Assembly: GCF_009914755.1 (NCBI RefSeq)
Contig: NC_060933.1
Length of the DNA stretch: 64,000 nucleotides
DNA from: the human T2T-CHM13v2.0 reference genome, Homo sapiens
Direction: 5' to 3' (one strand)
Both the position numbers and the translations under genes were made by a program. The notes beneath the pieces were generated by a model, which saw only the letters and a list, made by a program, of their open reading frames with translations, was not told the origin of the DNA and ran no database searches. Shown one piece after another: positions 1 through 16,400 of this stretch (positions within the stretch are counted from its first letter, which is position 1; every line of letters begins with the position of its first letter).

Positions 1-571
1 TTTTTTTTTTTTGGATAGAGAAACTTGGCCTGGGGAAATTTCCTCCTTGAGAGTCAAAGTTATGGAAAGCTATTAGGGTGGAAAAGGTGGGCTGATATAA
101 GGCCCTGCAGCAGGAAAGGCCAGGCGGTTGCCTGAGGGGTGAGACCCTTGCATAGAATCGGGTGGTCAGAGGGGACCGGTGCTTCTGAGTCCATGGTGTC
201 AGGCTCATACCTCTGGAAAAAGGCTATATGCATGAATGGAAGGAGCTACAGCACAGTTTTGGTGGGGTGGACCTTGGCTGTCCTGCACTGGCAGAATCCC
301 TGCAGACTGATCTGAGATCTATTCTTAGTTCACACTGTCAGTGTGAGGTGATGACCACTGCATGACTCCGAAGTGACCAAAAGTGATGACACAATGCAGG
401 TGGCAGTGATGGTGAGTAGAATTTTTCTCCAGACTTCTTATCAGTTGTGACATTGGTGGGTCTAGAACTTCCACATGAAAGGGACTTGAGGCAGGCGTCT
501 TGTTAGAGGGTATTGCATGTATGTATGTGTGTCAGGGTGGGGGAGGGAGTGTTGAGTAGCACTTTATGTTA

Positions 572-979
<408 letters not shown>

Positions 980-1094
980 TTAACAATAGTTGCCTGGCTG
1001 GTGGGAATAGTCAGAACTTGCCCTTTGGCTACAGCCAGTGGCAGTGACACTGTTCAGGTAGCAGTTGTATAATACTTCTGCCTGAAGAGATACA

Positions 1095-1455
1095 GTCCTA
1101 GTTATTTTAAGTGAAGCTGCTGCAACAAATTAGACCCCAAATTGTATAATGGCTCAAATGCGATGGAATTTTATTTCTTGCTCACACAGCAGTCTAAGGG
1201 CACTGTTTGTGGTCAGCAGGTGTCTCTCCTCTGGGCAGTGACTCAGAAGCCGGAGCACCATTTATCTAGGTCCTCAGAGACATTGCATTCAGGTAGAAGG
1301 GGATAAAAAAGAATGAAGGAGGAACACCTGTTTCTTAAATCCTGGCCCCAAAGTAGTGCACATGACTTCCATTTGCATTCCATTGATGAAAACTAGCTTT
1401 ATGCCCACACTTAACTGAAAGGGAGCCTAAAGATGCAGTCAAGGTATGTGTCTGT
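1095..1455 (-). mobile_element. Old MaLR LTR (MLT1J/K-like)
   Basis: gctgctgcaacaaat..ccccaaat..aatggctcaa..tttatttcttgctcac and cacatgacttcc..attccattg..aactagc..cacacttaactg blocks resemble antisense MLT1J/K. Confidence 0.6.
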
Positions 1456-2158
1456 TACCGCTCTGTTATACTAAAAAAAGTGTGTGTGTGGAGGTGTGTC
1501 TAGCAATGTTGGTCACAGGCACTGTCTGGGTTCTGTTTCCAGCAGGAAGCTGGGAATACAAGGATGGCCCTTGAGGCTGGAGTAAGTACTCAGATTGCTA
1601 CTTTTGTCTGTTTCAAGGGAGAGATTTCCCAGGGAGGGGGCCTGGACTTCTTGTCCATCTGGGTTTGTGGGATTTCCATTATTGTGTGGGTCACTCCTGG
1701 GGGCTGGCTGGATTGTAGTGTGCATTGTCCACACGCTGAAGCTGGCAATCCAATTATTCAAGACACACTTTGCTAACAACTAGCAGCCTCAGGAATGGGC
1801 TGTGTGTTGCTTTGGCAAGAGTGTAAAGCTCCCGGTAACTGGAGATATTGAAATATATGAATGTAGGCAGGATCAGACTGGTTGGACAGGAAGACTTCTG
1901 AGGTCCTCTGGGCACTAACTCTTTGATCCTGCAATTCTGTGTACTTATGAACATAATACTCCAGGGCATGTAATTTGCACTCACCAATATAGTAATTTGT
2001 ATTACTCATTTTTTCATGGCAACTTAATGTAGAAAGAACGCCTGTCTGGGAACTACATGTTGGTGGGACTCAGATACCCTGAGTTCTAGTCTAAACTCAT
2101 GGCCTTGGGAAAGTCATTTGGCCAACCCATGCTTAAATATTCTTGTCTAAAAAAATCA

Positions 2159-2478
<320 letters not shown>

Positions 2479-2504
2479 TCAGGGTGGTTATGTTAGGAGA
2501 GATT

Positions 2505-2989
2505 TGTGATAGATAGAATACTGCCTTTGCCCAGCAAAGATCCTTATCCCTGGCACCTGTGTATGGTTCCTTACACTGCAAAAAGGACTTTACAGGTGTG
2601 ATCAATTGAGAATCATGAGATGGGGAGACTATCTTGGATTATGTGGGTGGGCCCAGTGTCATCACAGGGGTCCTTACCAGAGGGAGGCAGGAGGGTCAGA
2701 GTCAGAAGTAGGAGACAGGACGATGGAAATAGAGTTTGAAGCGATATCCTTTGAAGGTGGAGAAAGGGCAATGAGCCAAGGAATGCAGGTGGCTTCCTAC
2801 AGCTGGAAAAGGAAAGGAAACATTCTCCCTTAGAGAGCCATCAGAAGAAAGGCAGCTCTGCCTCGCCTCAATTTAGCCTGTAAGAACATTTCAGCCTCTG
2901 AGCTCCAGAGCTGTAAGATAATAAATGTGCATCGTCTTAAGCCACTAAATTTGTGTAATTTATTGCAGCAGCAATAGAAAACTAGTAGA
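2505..2989 (+). mobile_element. MLT1D-like MaLR solo LTR
   Basis: tgtgat start, aaaggactttacaggtgtgat, gagatggggagactatc, gagccaaggaatgcaggtggc, aataaa..ttaagccactaaatttgtg..gcagcaatagaaaacta end. Confidence 0.85.
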
Positions 2990-3082
2990 AGCTCTAAGGT
3001 CCCTTCTAGAATGAAATGGTATTTTTTTTGTATGTTCCTTTCATGTCTCTATATACTAAAAATTGTTTTTTCAGTTTTTGAA

Positions 3083-3250
3083 ATTTATTTTTATTTTTTA
3101 GAGACAATCTGATGTTTCTCAGGCAGGAGTGCAGTGGCATTTACAGTTATAATCATAGAGAACTACAGCCTGGAACTCCTGGGCTCAAGTGATCCTCCTG
3201 CCTTAGCCTCCCAAGTAGCTGGGATTAAGAAACAGCAGTGCACAGGGCTC
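3083..3250 (-). mobile_element. FAM (fossil Alu monomer)
   Basis: T-rich tail then gtgcagtggcatttacag..aatcatagagaactacagcctggaactcctgggctcaagtgatcctcctgcc, with the FAM-type extra segment after gcagtggc. Confidence 0.75.
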
Positions 3251-3637
3251 ATGTCTTTAAATAGAATAAAAAACCTTGCAGGCAGGGGCTCCTTCTAAAA
3301 ATTAATCCACCATAACTTCAGAACATAACTATAGAAGCTCAATAATTATTGATTTTTTAAGTTTAAAATATGAATTTATTCATCAATCTAAAAAGATCAA
3401 TAATAAACCTATTTATTGTTAATTTTTATAAGGTATCTGGGGGAAAGCAGAGAACCCATGATGAAAATCATGACTTAGCAGGAGCTCTGATGCAATGTGA
3501 ACAGAAGGCTTTTCCAGACACCAACCAATTCTCCAGCACCAACCAGGTGTCCTGGTTGAATTGCATTAAGTTCAACTTTTCTTGGCCTCTCATCACCAGT
3601 TAAGCTCCCGCATCTTTCCCACGTCGTTCAGGGCCTT

Positions 3638-3746
3638 ACAGGGTATCATATTGCCCAGGCAGCTGTGCAGTGGCATTTACAGTTACAATCATAGAGAACT
3701 ACAGCCTGGAACTCCTGGGCTCAAGTGATCTTCCTGCCTCAGCCTC
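3638..3746 (-). mobile_element. Second, partial FAM copy
   Basis: 3665-3746 matches 3129-3210 at 79 of 82 positions. Confidence 0.75.
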
Positions 3747-4163
3747 ACATGTACAGGCTCCCCTCTGTCCTTTTCTCTTGCTGAGGCTCTGGATCAGTTT
3801 GGAGGATGCAGCTATAAGTCGTCTTTGCTACCTGTGTGGCTCTGACCTTTATTTTGGTGGTAGGACATTTGCCTCTGTGGCATAATAAAAAATATTTGGT
3901 CTTTGTCCTTGGTTCGTGGTACACAGCTTCTAAAACCCTTAGAATCTCCTGAGCAATAAGAGTGTCTTCGGTATGCTAATAATGACTCTAGACAGAGGGG
4001 CTCCTGGATGGCTGCATGGTGACCGGGGGGCCACACTGTGATTAGAGCTAGAAACGTTCAGCTCCACCCTTGGAGCTTTAGGGAGGGAAGAGAGACTAGA
4101 GTCCCATTAGTTACTAGCAGCTGCAATCACGCCTGTGTAACAAAATCTCCATAAAAACCCTTA

Positions 4164-4496
<333 letters not shown>

Positions 4497-4707
4497 CTAT
4501 GATGGGATGCAGGAAACTTCTGAGTTGATGAATACATCCACTTCCGGGGAGGGTGTTGCATCTCAGCTCCATGGGGACAGAGGCTCTTGTGCTGGGGACC
4601 CTCCCAGGCCTCACCCTATGCACGTCTTCATCTGACTGCTCATTTGCATCTTTTATAATAAATGGTAATAGGAAATATAGTATTTTCCTGAGTTCTGTGA
4701 GTCATTC

Positions 4708-5484
4708 TGAAACCACCATTGCAAAATTGTGACTGAGTTAGTGAAGGAGATCTGACCTAACCGACTTCATCTTGTGTCTAGCCTCCAGGCTGTCCTTGTT
4801 TGTTCCTGGCCGTGGGCTGGGCTAACTTTGAGAGGAACTTGGTTTATGGTTTAAAACAAAGACGATGGCAGCTCTTTCCCAGGGCAGACCACCTTCTTGC
4901 CTGGGAACTAGACTGCCTTTGTAGGACTAATAAATTAGCCACAAGATTGGAAATTGTGGTTTGGGAGTCACGCAGCTGGAGGCTATGGGATTCTGACCCT
5001 CCCTAAACTGTTCCTACGATCAGTGCTTGAGATATTTTGCAGACCCTGCACTTGATGGGTCAGCTGGCACCACCCAGATTGATTGGCTGGTTCATCTGAT
5101 CTTGTGGCCCCGACCCAGGAACTGACTCAGTGCAAAAGGACAAATTCAATTCCCTATGATTTCTTTCCTTTTTATTTTTATTTTACTTTAAGTTCTGGGA
5201 TATGTGTGTAGAACGTAAAGGTTTGTTACATAGGTTCCCTATGATTTCATCTCCTACCTGACCAATCAGCACTCCTGGCTCACTGGTTTCTCCTCACCCA
5301 CCAAGCTGGCCTTAAAAACTGTAATCCCTGAATGCTTGGAGAGACTTGTTTGAGTAATAATAAAACTCCGGTCCTCCACATAGCCGGCTCTGTGTGAATT
5401 ACTCTTTCTCTATTGCAGTTCCCCTGTCTTGAGAAATCTGCTTTGTCTAGGGAGCGGGCAAGGTGAACCCATTGGGTGATTACA
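4708..5484 (+). mobile_element. LTR8-family (ERV1) solo LTR
   Basis: tgaaaccaccattgcaaaattgtgactgag start, gcaaggtgaacccattgggtgattaca end, TG..CA termini, 4-bp TSD attc (4704-4707, 5485-5488), aataaa about 5359. Confidence 0.85.
5164..5234 (-). mobile_element. 71-bp L1PA (PA7/8-like) 3' end
   Basis: ttttactttaagttctgggatatgtgtgtagaacgtaaaggtttgttacatagg; perfect 14-bp TSD ttccctatgatttc (5150-5163, 5235-5248). Confidence 0.85.
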
Positions 5485-6659
5485 ATTCTAGCCAATTACT
5501 GAGGTTGAGGAAGGAGGTTGTGGGAACCCCTGACTTTGTAGCAGAGGCAGACAGAAGTCCAGGTAACCTGCGCACCCAGACTTGCAGCTGGCGTCTGAAG
5601 GGAAGGCGATTTTATGGGACTGAGCCGCTTAGATCTGTGGAGTCTGGTGCTAACTCTGGTTGTTAGGGTTAGAATTGAATTGAACTGCAGGACACCTGGT
5701 TGGTGCTGGAGGATTGGCTGGTGGAGGAAAACCCCTAACAGGCTCTAGCCCTAGATGTGCTCTCTCCACCCTGAGCTGTAGTCTGCTGTTCCAACCTCTC
5801 ACCCTCATCTGGGTTTTGATAACTTGCCCAGTTGCCAGCCCTTGTACCCCTGGGCTTCTACCTTGATCTTTGCTAAGCTCTCAAGGATCTGAGATCCTGG
5901 CTTTGGTCACGAGCCCAGTGGCTGTTCCCCTGTTGCCTGATGGCAGGTATCCATGAGTCTAACTCCTTGTTGTTCTCCAAGCATTGTCCACTGTCTTTGA
6001 TTTCCTACATTCTCCTCTGTTCACATCATTAGGACATCTTTTCCCTCCATTAGAATGATTTGATGCCACCAGCTTTATAGAACCTCTAATGCTATGCATC
6101 CTGGAGCATTCACTCAGCCTTCCAGAAGGGAAGCACCTACAGTAGGGCTTTCCCCACCAAGCCTGTCCCTCTAGTGGGCAAGGTCAGTTCCTGGTTCTGG
6201 ACTCTCACACCATGTCCTGATGCATTGCAGCCAACAGGGCTATGCCCCACTGGATTCTGAGAAATGATGTCAGCCATGAACTTGGCCATCCCAGGACCTA
6301 GTTAAATTAAGCTCTTTAGATCCATGACTTGGCACATGTAGCTTTAAGGGTCATAGGGCTGTCATTGCAAGGCCAAGATATAGGCAGAAAGGAACAGGAA
6401 GTCAGAAGAAAAATAAAAATTATGAGAGATTAAGGAAGGGAGACGGGATGGAGCAAATATGCATATTGAAGGAAATGCCACAATCTTGGTTTCCGGTGTC
6501 TTCGGGGGAACTGTTTCACTAGATACTCAATGGACCACCAACCTGCCACTAGGACAGGAATACCACACACTCAACGCTGGGCAAAGTGCTGCCCTCAAAA
6601 AGCAAGAACAGAATTATATATACCATGTAGTGGCCCTTAAAATGTGGGATGTGGCTTAA

Positions 6660-6808
6660 AATGAACCTGAATTTGCATCTCAGCTGAGGAAACTTAGACA
6701 AACTACCTGACCTTTGGAAGCCTCAATTTTCTAATTTCTGAAATGTGGGGGTAATAACAGCAACTTCCAAGTGCTTGGCACAAAGTGGATGTTCAATAGA
6801 TGATGACT
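6660..6808 (+). mobile_element. MIR remnant
   Basis: ttagacaaactacctgacc..gcctcaattttctaatttctgaaatgtgggggtaataacag..gtgcttggcacaaagtggatgttcaataga. Confidence 0.6.
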
Positions 6809-7239
6809 CTGCGTTTCCTCCTTGTCACTTTTCCTGTCACAGCACCACAGCAGCACAGTCTTAGAGGCTTTGCAGTGCCATTTGCTGCTTTTCCTGAATG
6901 GTGACTTGAAGCAGCAGACTTCTGCACACTACCTACTGTCCAGGTGTCCCAAGGCCAGGCTATATGTGGCTGCTACAATTGTCTCTTGCAGGAGGCACAT
7001 AAAAATGTGCTCATCAGTGTGGGCTGCCATATTTAGGACTAACATCTAACATTAGATGAGTCAACATCCAGGCGCATTGTCATTGGAATTGCTGGGAAAA
7101 CACACAGGCAACCCCCACTCACTGGCCCCTGCTTTCCTAAGCCTAGGGAGCCACCCTGGATATCAGGGGGTCTTTCCAGGATAAGTATTGTAAGGGCAGC
7201 AGGTTAATAGCAGCCTTTTTACTCATGAACACAGGTGAA

Positions 7240-7330
7240 CATCAACATCCAACAAATATAGGGCTTCTGCTGCATGCCAGCCACTGTGCTAGATGCGAGG
7301 GATACCACAGTGTGCAAGACACATCATTCA
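7240..7330 (-). mobile_element. L2 3'-end remnant
   Basis: catccaacaaatat..atgccagccactgtgctagatgc..ggataccacagtgtgcaagac. Confidence 0.5.
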
Positions 7331-7487
7331 CGGGGAAACGGGGAGAAGAATCATCTGTCTACAGATTAATATCTAGAGTCAGGCAAAGAACCTCCTCATA
7401 CAGAGTGAAAATAGAGTATTATTTGTAAATTGGGCACCTATTATTTGCTTTTTGCTAACGGAGGATCCTCCCCCAACTGCCCTGCTT

Positions 7488-7757
7488 ATTTTGAGACGGG
7501 GTCTGTGTCACCCAGGCTGGAGTGCAGCTCGGTGTAGCCTAGACCTCCCCAGCTAAGATGATCCTCCCACCTCAGCCTTGTGAGTAGCTGGGACTACAGG
7601 CATATGCCACCACGCCCAGCTAATGTTTTGTATATTTTGTAGGGACAGGGTGTCGCCATGTTGCCCAGGCTGGTCTTGAACTCCTGAGCTCACGCATCTG
7701 CCCCCTTCAGCCTCCCAAAGTGCTGGGACTACAGGCATGAGCCCCTGCCACCGGCCC
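7488..7757 (-). mobile_element. AluJ
   Basis: Antisense dimer with J diagnostics (gatcctcccacctcagcc, ttgcccaggctggtcttgaactcctgagctc); internal deletion in right arm. Confidence 0.9.
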
Positions 7758-8268
7758 AGAATGTATCTTTTTTGAAATTCATTTTTCTACCACATAAAGT
7801 GATTAAAAGACAACTAGTTGTTGAATTCAAGGCAAATGAGCAACTGTCTATTGGTGAGAAGTTCTATGATTCTGGCTTGGAGATGTCTGCCATGCAAACG
7901 TATAGGGCAGCCCTGGGGGGTGCTGCTGACAGCCGAGAGGGCTGGTCAGTTACAGAGGGCTCGGCTGGATGGGGCTTTGAATTCTTGGCTCTTTTGGTAT
8001 AAAGAGAAGGAAAACAATGTCTCCACTGTGTCCCCTTCTTAGAAGAGAGCCTTGTTTAATGGCCAAAATGCAGACATGGGATTTAGCTCTCATAAATCCT
8101 ACCTCTTCTCTGCCCCACGTGTGGCTTAAGTCATGCTAACCTCACCCTGTCTCAGTCTCCCTTTCCTGTAAAAGCAGAGAGGCAAGCAAGGATTTCAGAG
8201 TCAGAAAACATGTATGGCATTTCTGGCTCCACCATGTAGAGCTGAGAGGAGTTTAACTCTTAGAACTT

Positions 8269-8623
8269 TCTCTTTCTTTTCTTTCTTTCTTTTCTTTCCT
8301 TTCTTTCCTTCCTTTCCTTCCTTTCCTTTCTGTCTGTCTGTCTTTCTTGTCTCACTCTGTCGCCAAGGCTGGAGTACAGTGGCACGATCTTGGCTCACTG
8401 CAACCTCTGCCTCCAGGGTTCAAGCGATTCTTCTGCCTCAGTCCCACAAATAGCTGGGATTACAGGTGTGCACCACCACCCTGGCTAATTTTTTGTATTT
8501 TTTAGTAGAGACAGGGTTTCAACATGTTGGCCAGGCTGATCTTGAACTCCTGACCTTAAGTGATCCACCTGCCTCAGCCTCCCAAAGTGCTGGCATAACA
8601 GGCATGAGCCACTGCGTCCCACC
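8269..8623 (-). mobile_element. AluS whose tail has become a (TTTC)/(TTCC)/(TCTG) microsatellite
   Basis: Alu body about 8349-8623; pyrimidine repeat 8269-8348 lies inside the 15-bp TSD taactcttagaactt (8254-8268, 8624-8638). Confidence 0.93.
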
Positions 8624-9059
8624 TAACTCTTAGAACTTCTGTTCTCTTCTCTTACAAATCATTCATTTACAGTCTTTGAAATCAGAAATAGGACTTTACA
8701 GCCCCATGGAGAATAAGCCACCCCATGATGCTTATTGAATAGATGGATGGACTGCTACGCTGAAGTATGACTTCATCTATTTCAAGTGCCTTGAGGCCCA
8801 TGGATCAACACCTGTATGGACACGCCAATGGTCTTCAGAGTCACTGCCTGGGTCCCTTACAGGGATGGGTGTGTCAGTGAGGTCTGGCACTGCAGCTACA
8901 TTGGGAGAATGTTCACATTCATCTCTTGTTTATTTCGTGTGGATTACTTTGCCTTCTCAAAACCCATTACCCAACATTGCTCTCTTCAGCCTGTGGACCC
9001 TGCCCCACTCCTGCCCTACCCCTGGTGAATGTCTCCAGGTGTGTTTTCTCTGGCAAAGG

Positions 9060-9245
9060 AGTGATCTAGATTTGAAACTTGCCTTGCCACTGGCCATCTG
9101 TATGACTTGGGATGAGTTACTGCATCTCTCAGAATCTCAGTTTTTTTTTTCCTCTTTATCAGCTCCGTTGGGGAGAATATGCCTGTGATGCTTTTATCTT
9201 TCTTCTGGCAGAGTAGTGGTGAGTGTCAAATGAGATAATATTTTG
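9060..9245 (+). mobile_element. MIR remnant
   Basis: tgtatgacttgggatgagttactgcatctctcagaatctcagttt..gtggtgagtgtcaaatgagataat. Confidence 0.65.
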
Positions 9246-9391
9246 TGTGTCTGTGTGAACAGAGTTTGAAAATCTAGAAGTGGTTGTAGTTACCAAAGGT
9301 GGAAGTTTTGTAATTATGAGTTATTAGCATCCCCCAGCCAGTAGGTTTGTATATGTCTTCCCAGCCACCTCTCAGATGCCCAGGTATACTA

Positions 9392-9690
<299 letters not shown>

Positions 9691-10091
9691 AGAAATAGAG
9701 AATTAAAAATGCACCTTAATGGTCAAATTCCATACTATGTTTAGAGAAAGCCTCCCTGCTCTCTGGTGTTTTATTGACTTATTTGACCCTGGAGGCAGAG
9801 ATTTCCGTGGAATTGCAGGAAGACTAAAGTAAATATATGCAATTTTCTATTTATTCATTCACTTTTCTACCAGCAAGTCATTATTGAACATCAGCTGTAT
9901 ACAATGATGAATCAATCATAGATCTGCTCTTGTGATTGTTTCAAAATGTTAGGAGAAATAGTGCTATATCTTAAATCACAATACAAAGGATAAAATGATA
10001 GGCACTACTATTACAAGAGAGATATAATGCTGTGGTTACGCTGAAGAGAGAGAGAGAAAATTTATTGCCAAGGGGAAGGAAGGCTTATTAA

Positions 10092-10378
<287 letters not shown>

Positions 10379-11369
10379 TAACTGAGTCTTGGAAGGTGGA
10401 GAAAATGTTAACTTAAAGAGGTGGGCTGGGGAAGGGAGGGCACCCAGGCAGAGAAACAGACTCGAGTGAAGGTGGGTGCAGAAAGGAAAGGGCTTCTCTC
10501 CATTCTCAGTGCCCAGCCTCCTCGTGTGACTTTGAAGTCCCCTTGATCCCTAGTGTAGGTTGTGCTCCTGGTATTAAGCTTGTTTTTTTTTTTTTTTTTT
10601 TTTTTCCATTTCTCTCTTTCTTTTAAGAAGTCCTGTTTTTTTTTTCTTTGATCATTCTTAAGTTTCCAAAAATAATCTGCTATCTTGCCATGCAGTGGAT
10701 GTTTTCTTTTTCCTTAGGAACCCCCATTGAAAATATTCGGTACATCTCAGCATGAGAGGCCCCTGGCACCTGCCTGCATAACCTTGGTTGCATAAGATGC
10801 AAGAGGTCCATCAACTTTCTTTTTCTGGAATATGAAGCTCACTTCAAAGTGCTCTTCGGTTGACTAAGCCTTGGGAGGTGCCATGTCCAATCACCACTTG
10901 TCAATTATTGTGTCCTCTGGGTCCCCTGCCTTGCTATAAGATCAAAGGAAAGGGTAGTCCCATTGTACAAGTGAAAATAAGGTTTGTTGCCTATTGGTAG
11001 CTGATGTGGAGTGGAAACTAAATAACGGAGGTCAAGAAACTGTCAGTCCAGAGTGTGGAAAGGATCTTCAGTGTGTCTGAGATATCAACCCAGGTGGAAA
11101 ATGAAGCCTAAACCACCATAGCATTCCAGATGACTGAACTGCTCAAGCGTGAATGCTTGAGAGACTCTCATTCATTTACTTGATTCATTTTACAGGAAGC
11201 TGGGACCAGTCCCCTAAATTAGGTTATACTGCATGGCTCTCTCCTCCAACCATAATCAAGTAGCAAAATAAGCAGAGCCAGCATTCCTTGATTCTTACTG
11301 GGTATATGTTGATTAATAAAGTTGGGCTGCCCTAGAGTATAAGATGATGATTTTTAGATTGTCAGTTTA

Positions 11370-13845
<2,476 letters not shown>

Positions 13846-13993
13846 GATTGTTAGTTTTATGAGCTAATAAATTTTAAAAAATTGGGTTCCAACACAGAAT
13901 TGTTAACTTTATATCTTGCTGAATTAAGAAATTAAACTAAAAGGACCTTGACAGTGACAAACTTATGGTCATTATTTTTAAAAGAATTATACA

Positions 13994-14289
13994 TCTATCT
14001 ATCTATTTTTGAGACAGAGTCTCGTTCTATCGCTCAGGCTGGAGCGCAGTGTTGCTATCTCGGATCACTGCAACCTCTGCCTCCTGGGTTCAAGTGATTC
14101 TCATGCCTCAGCCTCCCAAGTAGCTGGGATTACAGTGTGCACCACCATCCCTGGCTAATTTTTGTATTTTTAGTAGAGATGGGGTTTCATCATCTTGCCA
14201 GGCTGGTCTCGAACTTCTGACCTCAGATGATCCGCCTGCCTTGGCCTCCCAAAGTGCTGGGATTACAGACGTGAGCCACTGTGCCTGGC
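13994..14289 (-). mobile_element. AluS
   Basis: Antisense dimer with (TCTA) tail; TSD aagaa(t/a)tata. Confidence 0.93.
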
Positions 14290-15932
14290 AAGAAATATAA
14301 TTTTTATATGAATTATTAGGAAGTGCATAATCTCAGAATAAAAGATGGCCCTTCCTAAGAAAGCACATTTGGTAATCTTCTACCTTGGTTTTTGCTCTAA
14401 AATGCTTAAGACGGCATCATGGTGAGCCCAGGTGGTGGGACTGGCCTTTGGGGACTCTGTATACTAGATGACCACTGAGTTCATTAGTCTATTTGGGAAA
14501 GATCGCATATGGATTGAGGAACTTCATGAGGGCATGGATCGTTCTGGAGACAGCCATGTCAATTCTTACGATGTTTATTTTGTGCTGGCATCATATTTCC
14601 TGGCATTTGGTGAGTTGATGGAATGGCCCAATTCACTTTTATTCTGAGTCATTTGTGGGAAGAGAAATTTAATTCTCTGGGAACCCTTGTTCGTATTAGT
14701 GTTAAATCATTTGTCTGCTGTTTAATGATTTATATTCACAGAGCAAAGAGGTCCCAGAATTGCATTCCTGATTGTGCTACCCCCCAAAGCCTCCCTCTAC
14801 CACTCTAAGTTAGAGAAATAATTTAGTCTTGTGCCTTAGGGAATCCACTCAAGACACTACTCTTCAGTTTACTCATTGCATGTATATATATCTTAGTGTA
14901 CTGATATTAGGCTTTTAGTTGAGTACTAGACTTCTTGAGTTTACTTAAATTGGCACTATATTGTATTTTGTGCTATTAACATGCTGAACTGCTTTTGCTT
15001 TGTTAACTCAGCAATTAGGTTCCTCCCAAACTTTATGCACCCTTTTTGGTTCATAAATTGTGATTCTCTGATTTATTTTTCTTGAGTTCATATGTTTAAT
15101 GTGGGTGGGCCTTTGGTGCTCATTAAAACAGAGACTTTTATTTGAAAGGTTGTTCTCTAGGTTGTGCTGGTGGGACCTCATATATTACACTTCTCAACAT
15201 TGCCATCCATAATTTAGTGTAGTGTTCCTATGCATGTAATGTTTCAGCATTTGCAGTGCTTATGAGTAATTGACAATCTATGATGGTACCAATAAATCAG
15301 ACAAGCCAGGCTCAGCCTTTTATGGTCAGTCTACCAGGGAGGAAAGCTGAAAATCAGTGACTGCTATTAACTGGGAGCTTTTTAGATCATGAAGTCAGAG
15401 AAAGCCTTTATTATTAATACATTTTGAGTGGTTGTTTAAAGTAGATATCCTGGGTTGGATAAAGAGACATGAAAAAAATGAATCTTAGTTTATTTTCTTT
15501 TAAGTTATTATAATTCATTTCAAAGGAATGACTTATTTTGACAAAGTGAGTGAACTTGAGTTGTAATGTGTATAATAGACTGAATGATGAAGGAGACCTT
15601 GGGTTGCATGATGTATTACATATGTCGCAGAGTCAGGGAAATTAGGATTTACTTTCGTGAAATGCAAATCTGGAACAGTGTGGCTTGGGCACCACAACAC
15701 AGTACAACACGAAGTGTGGTGCATAATGCAAAATACAGCAGTGTGTCTGGAATGTTTTAAATGTTACATTGCTTAGGGATGGGTCTGGGAACGTGTTTTT
15801 GTGAGACACATACCTTGAATTTCCATTGTTGGTCATGAGTATTCCACACTGGCTCAAAACTGATTATTGTCTTTTTGTAATATTCTTTTTGACATTGGGA
15901 GAGGTATGTAGGGGTCAAAAGCTTGCAGGAGG

Positions 15933-16102
15933 AGCCAGGCACAGTGGCACATGCTTTTAATCCAATCCCAGCTACTCGAGAGACTGAGGTGGGAGGATCA
16001 CTTCAGCCCAGGAGTTGGAGACCAGCCTGGGCAATATAGCTATACTCTGTCTTACATATACACACACAAACAGACACACACACACCCACACACACACACA
16101 CA
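15933..16102 (+). mobile_element. FLAM monomer with (CA)n tail
   Basis: cccagctactcgagagactgaggtgggaggatcacttcagcccaggagttggagaccagcctgggcaatatag followed by an imperfect CA repeat; flanks share ttgcagg. Confidence 0.8.
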
Positions 16103-16194
16103 GAGTTTGCAGGTGGGGAAAAAGTGCCCTCTGGTGTTTGAAAACTCCTGTGCTGTGAAATAGAAACCGTTATGAAGCTGGGTTAGATGGGATT

Positions 16195-16400
16195 AAAATG
16201 CATGAGCTCTAGAGGCCGGTTGGCCTCTGGATTTCATTTCCCCCCTCTGTCATTATTGTACCAGACATGGGACCTTGGGCAAGCTGCTTAACCCGTCAGA
16301 ACCTTAGTTTCTTTGTCTCTAAAATGGGGAGGAAATTCTTGCCTCATAAGGATGTTTTGAAGAGTAGACATTTGATACACACCTGGATAACTGCTAAGTA
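16195..16400 (+). mobile_element. MIR
   Basis: gaccttgggcaagctgcttaacc..ccttagtttctttgtctctaaaatgggga..cctcataaggatgttttgaaga. Confidence 0.75.

Noticed and set aside
6161-6180. CTCF-like tgcccactagagggacag on the - strand
   Set aside because: Core matches but the conserved C after GGG is missing; not supportable without ChIP data
10600-10820. Strong pyrimidine-tract acceptors at about 10627 and 10717
   Set aside because: No convincing downstream donor; typical decoy sites next to poly(T)
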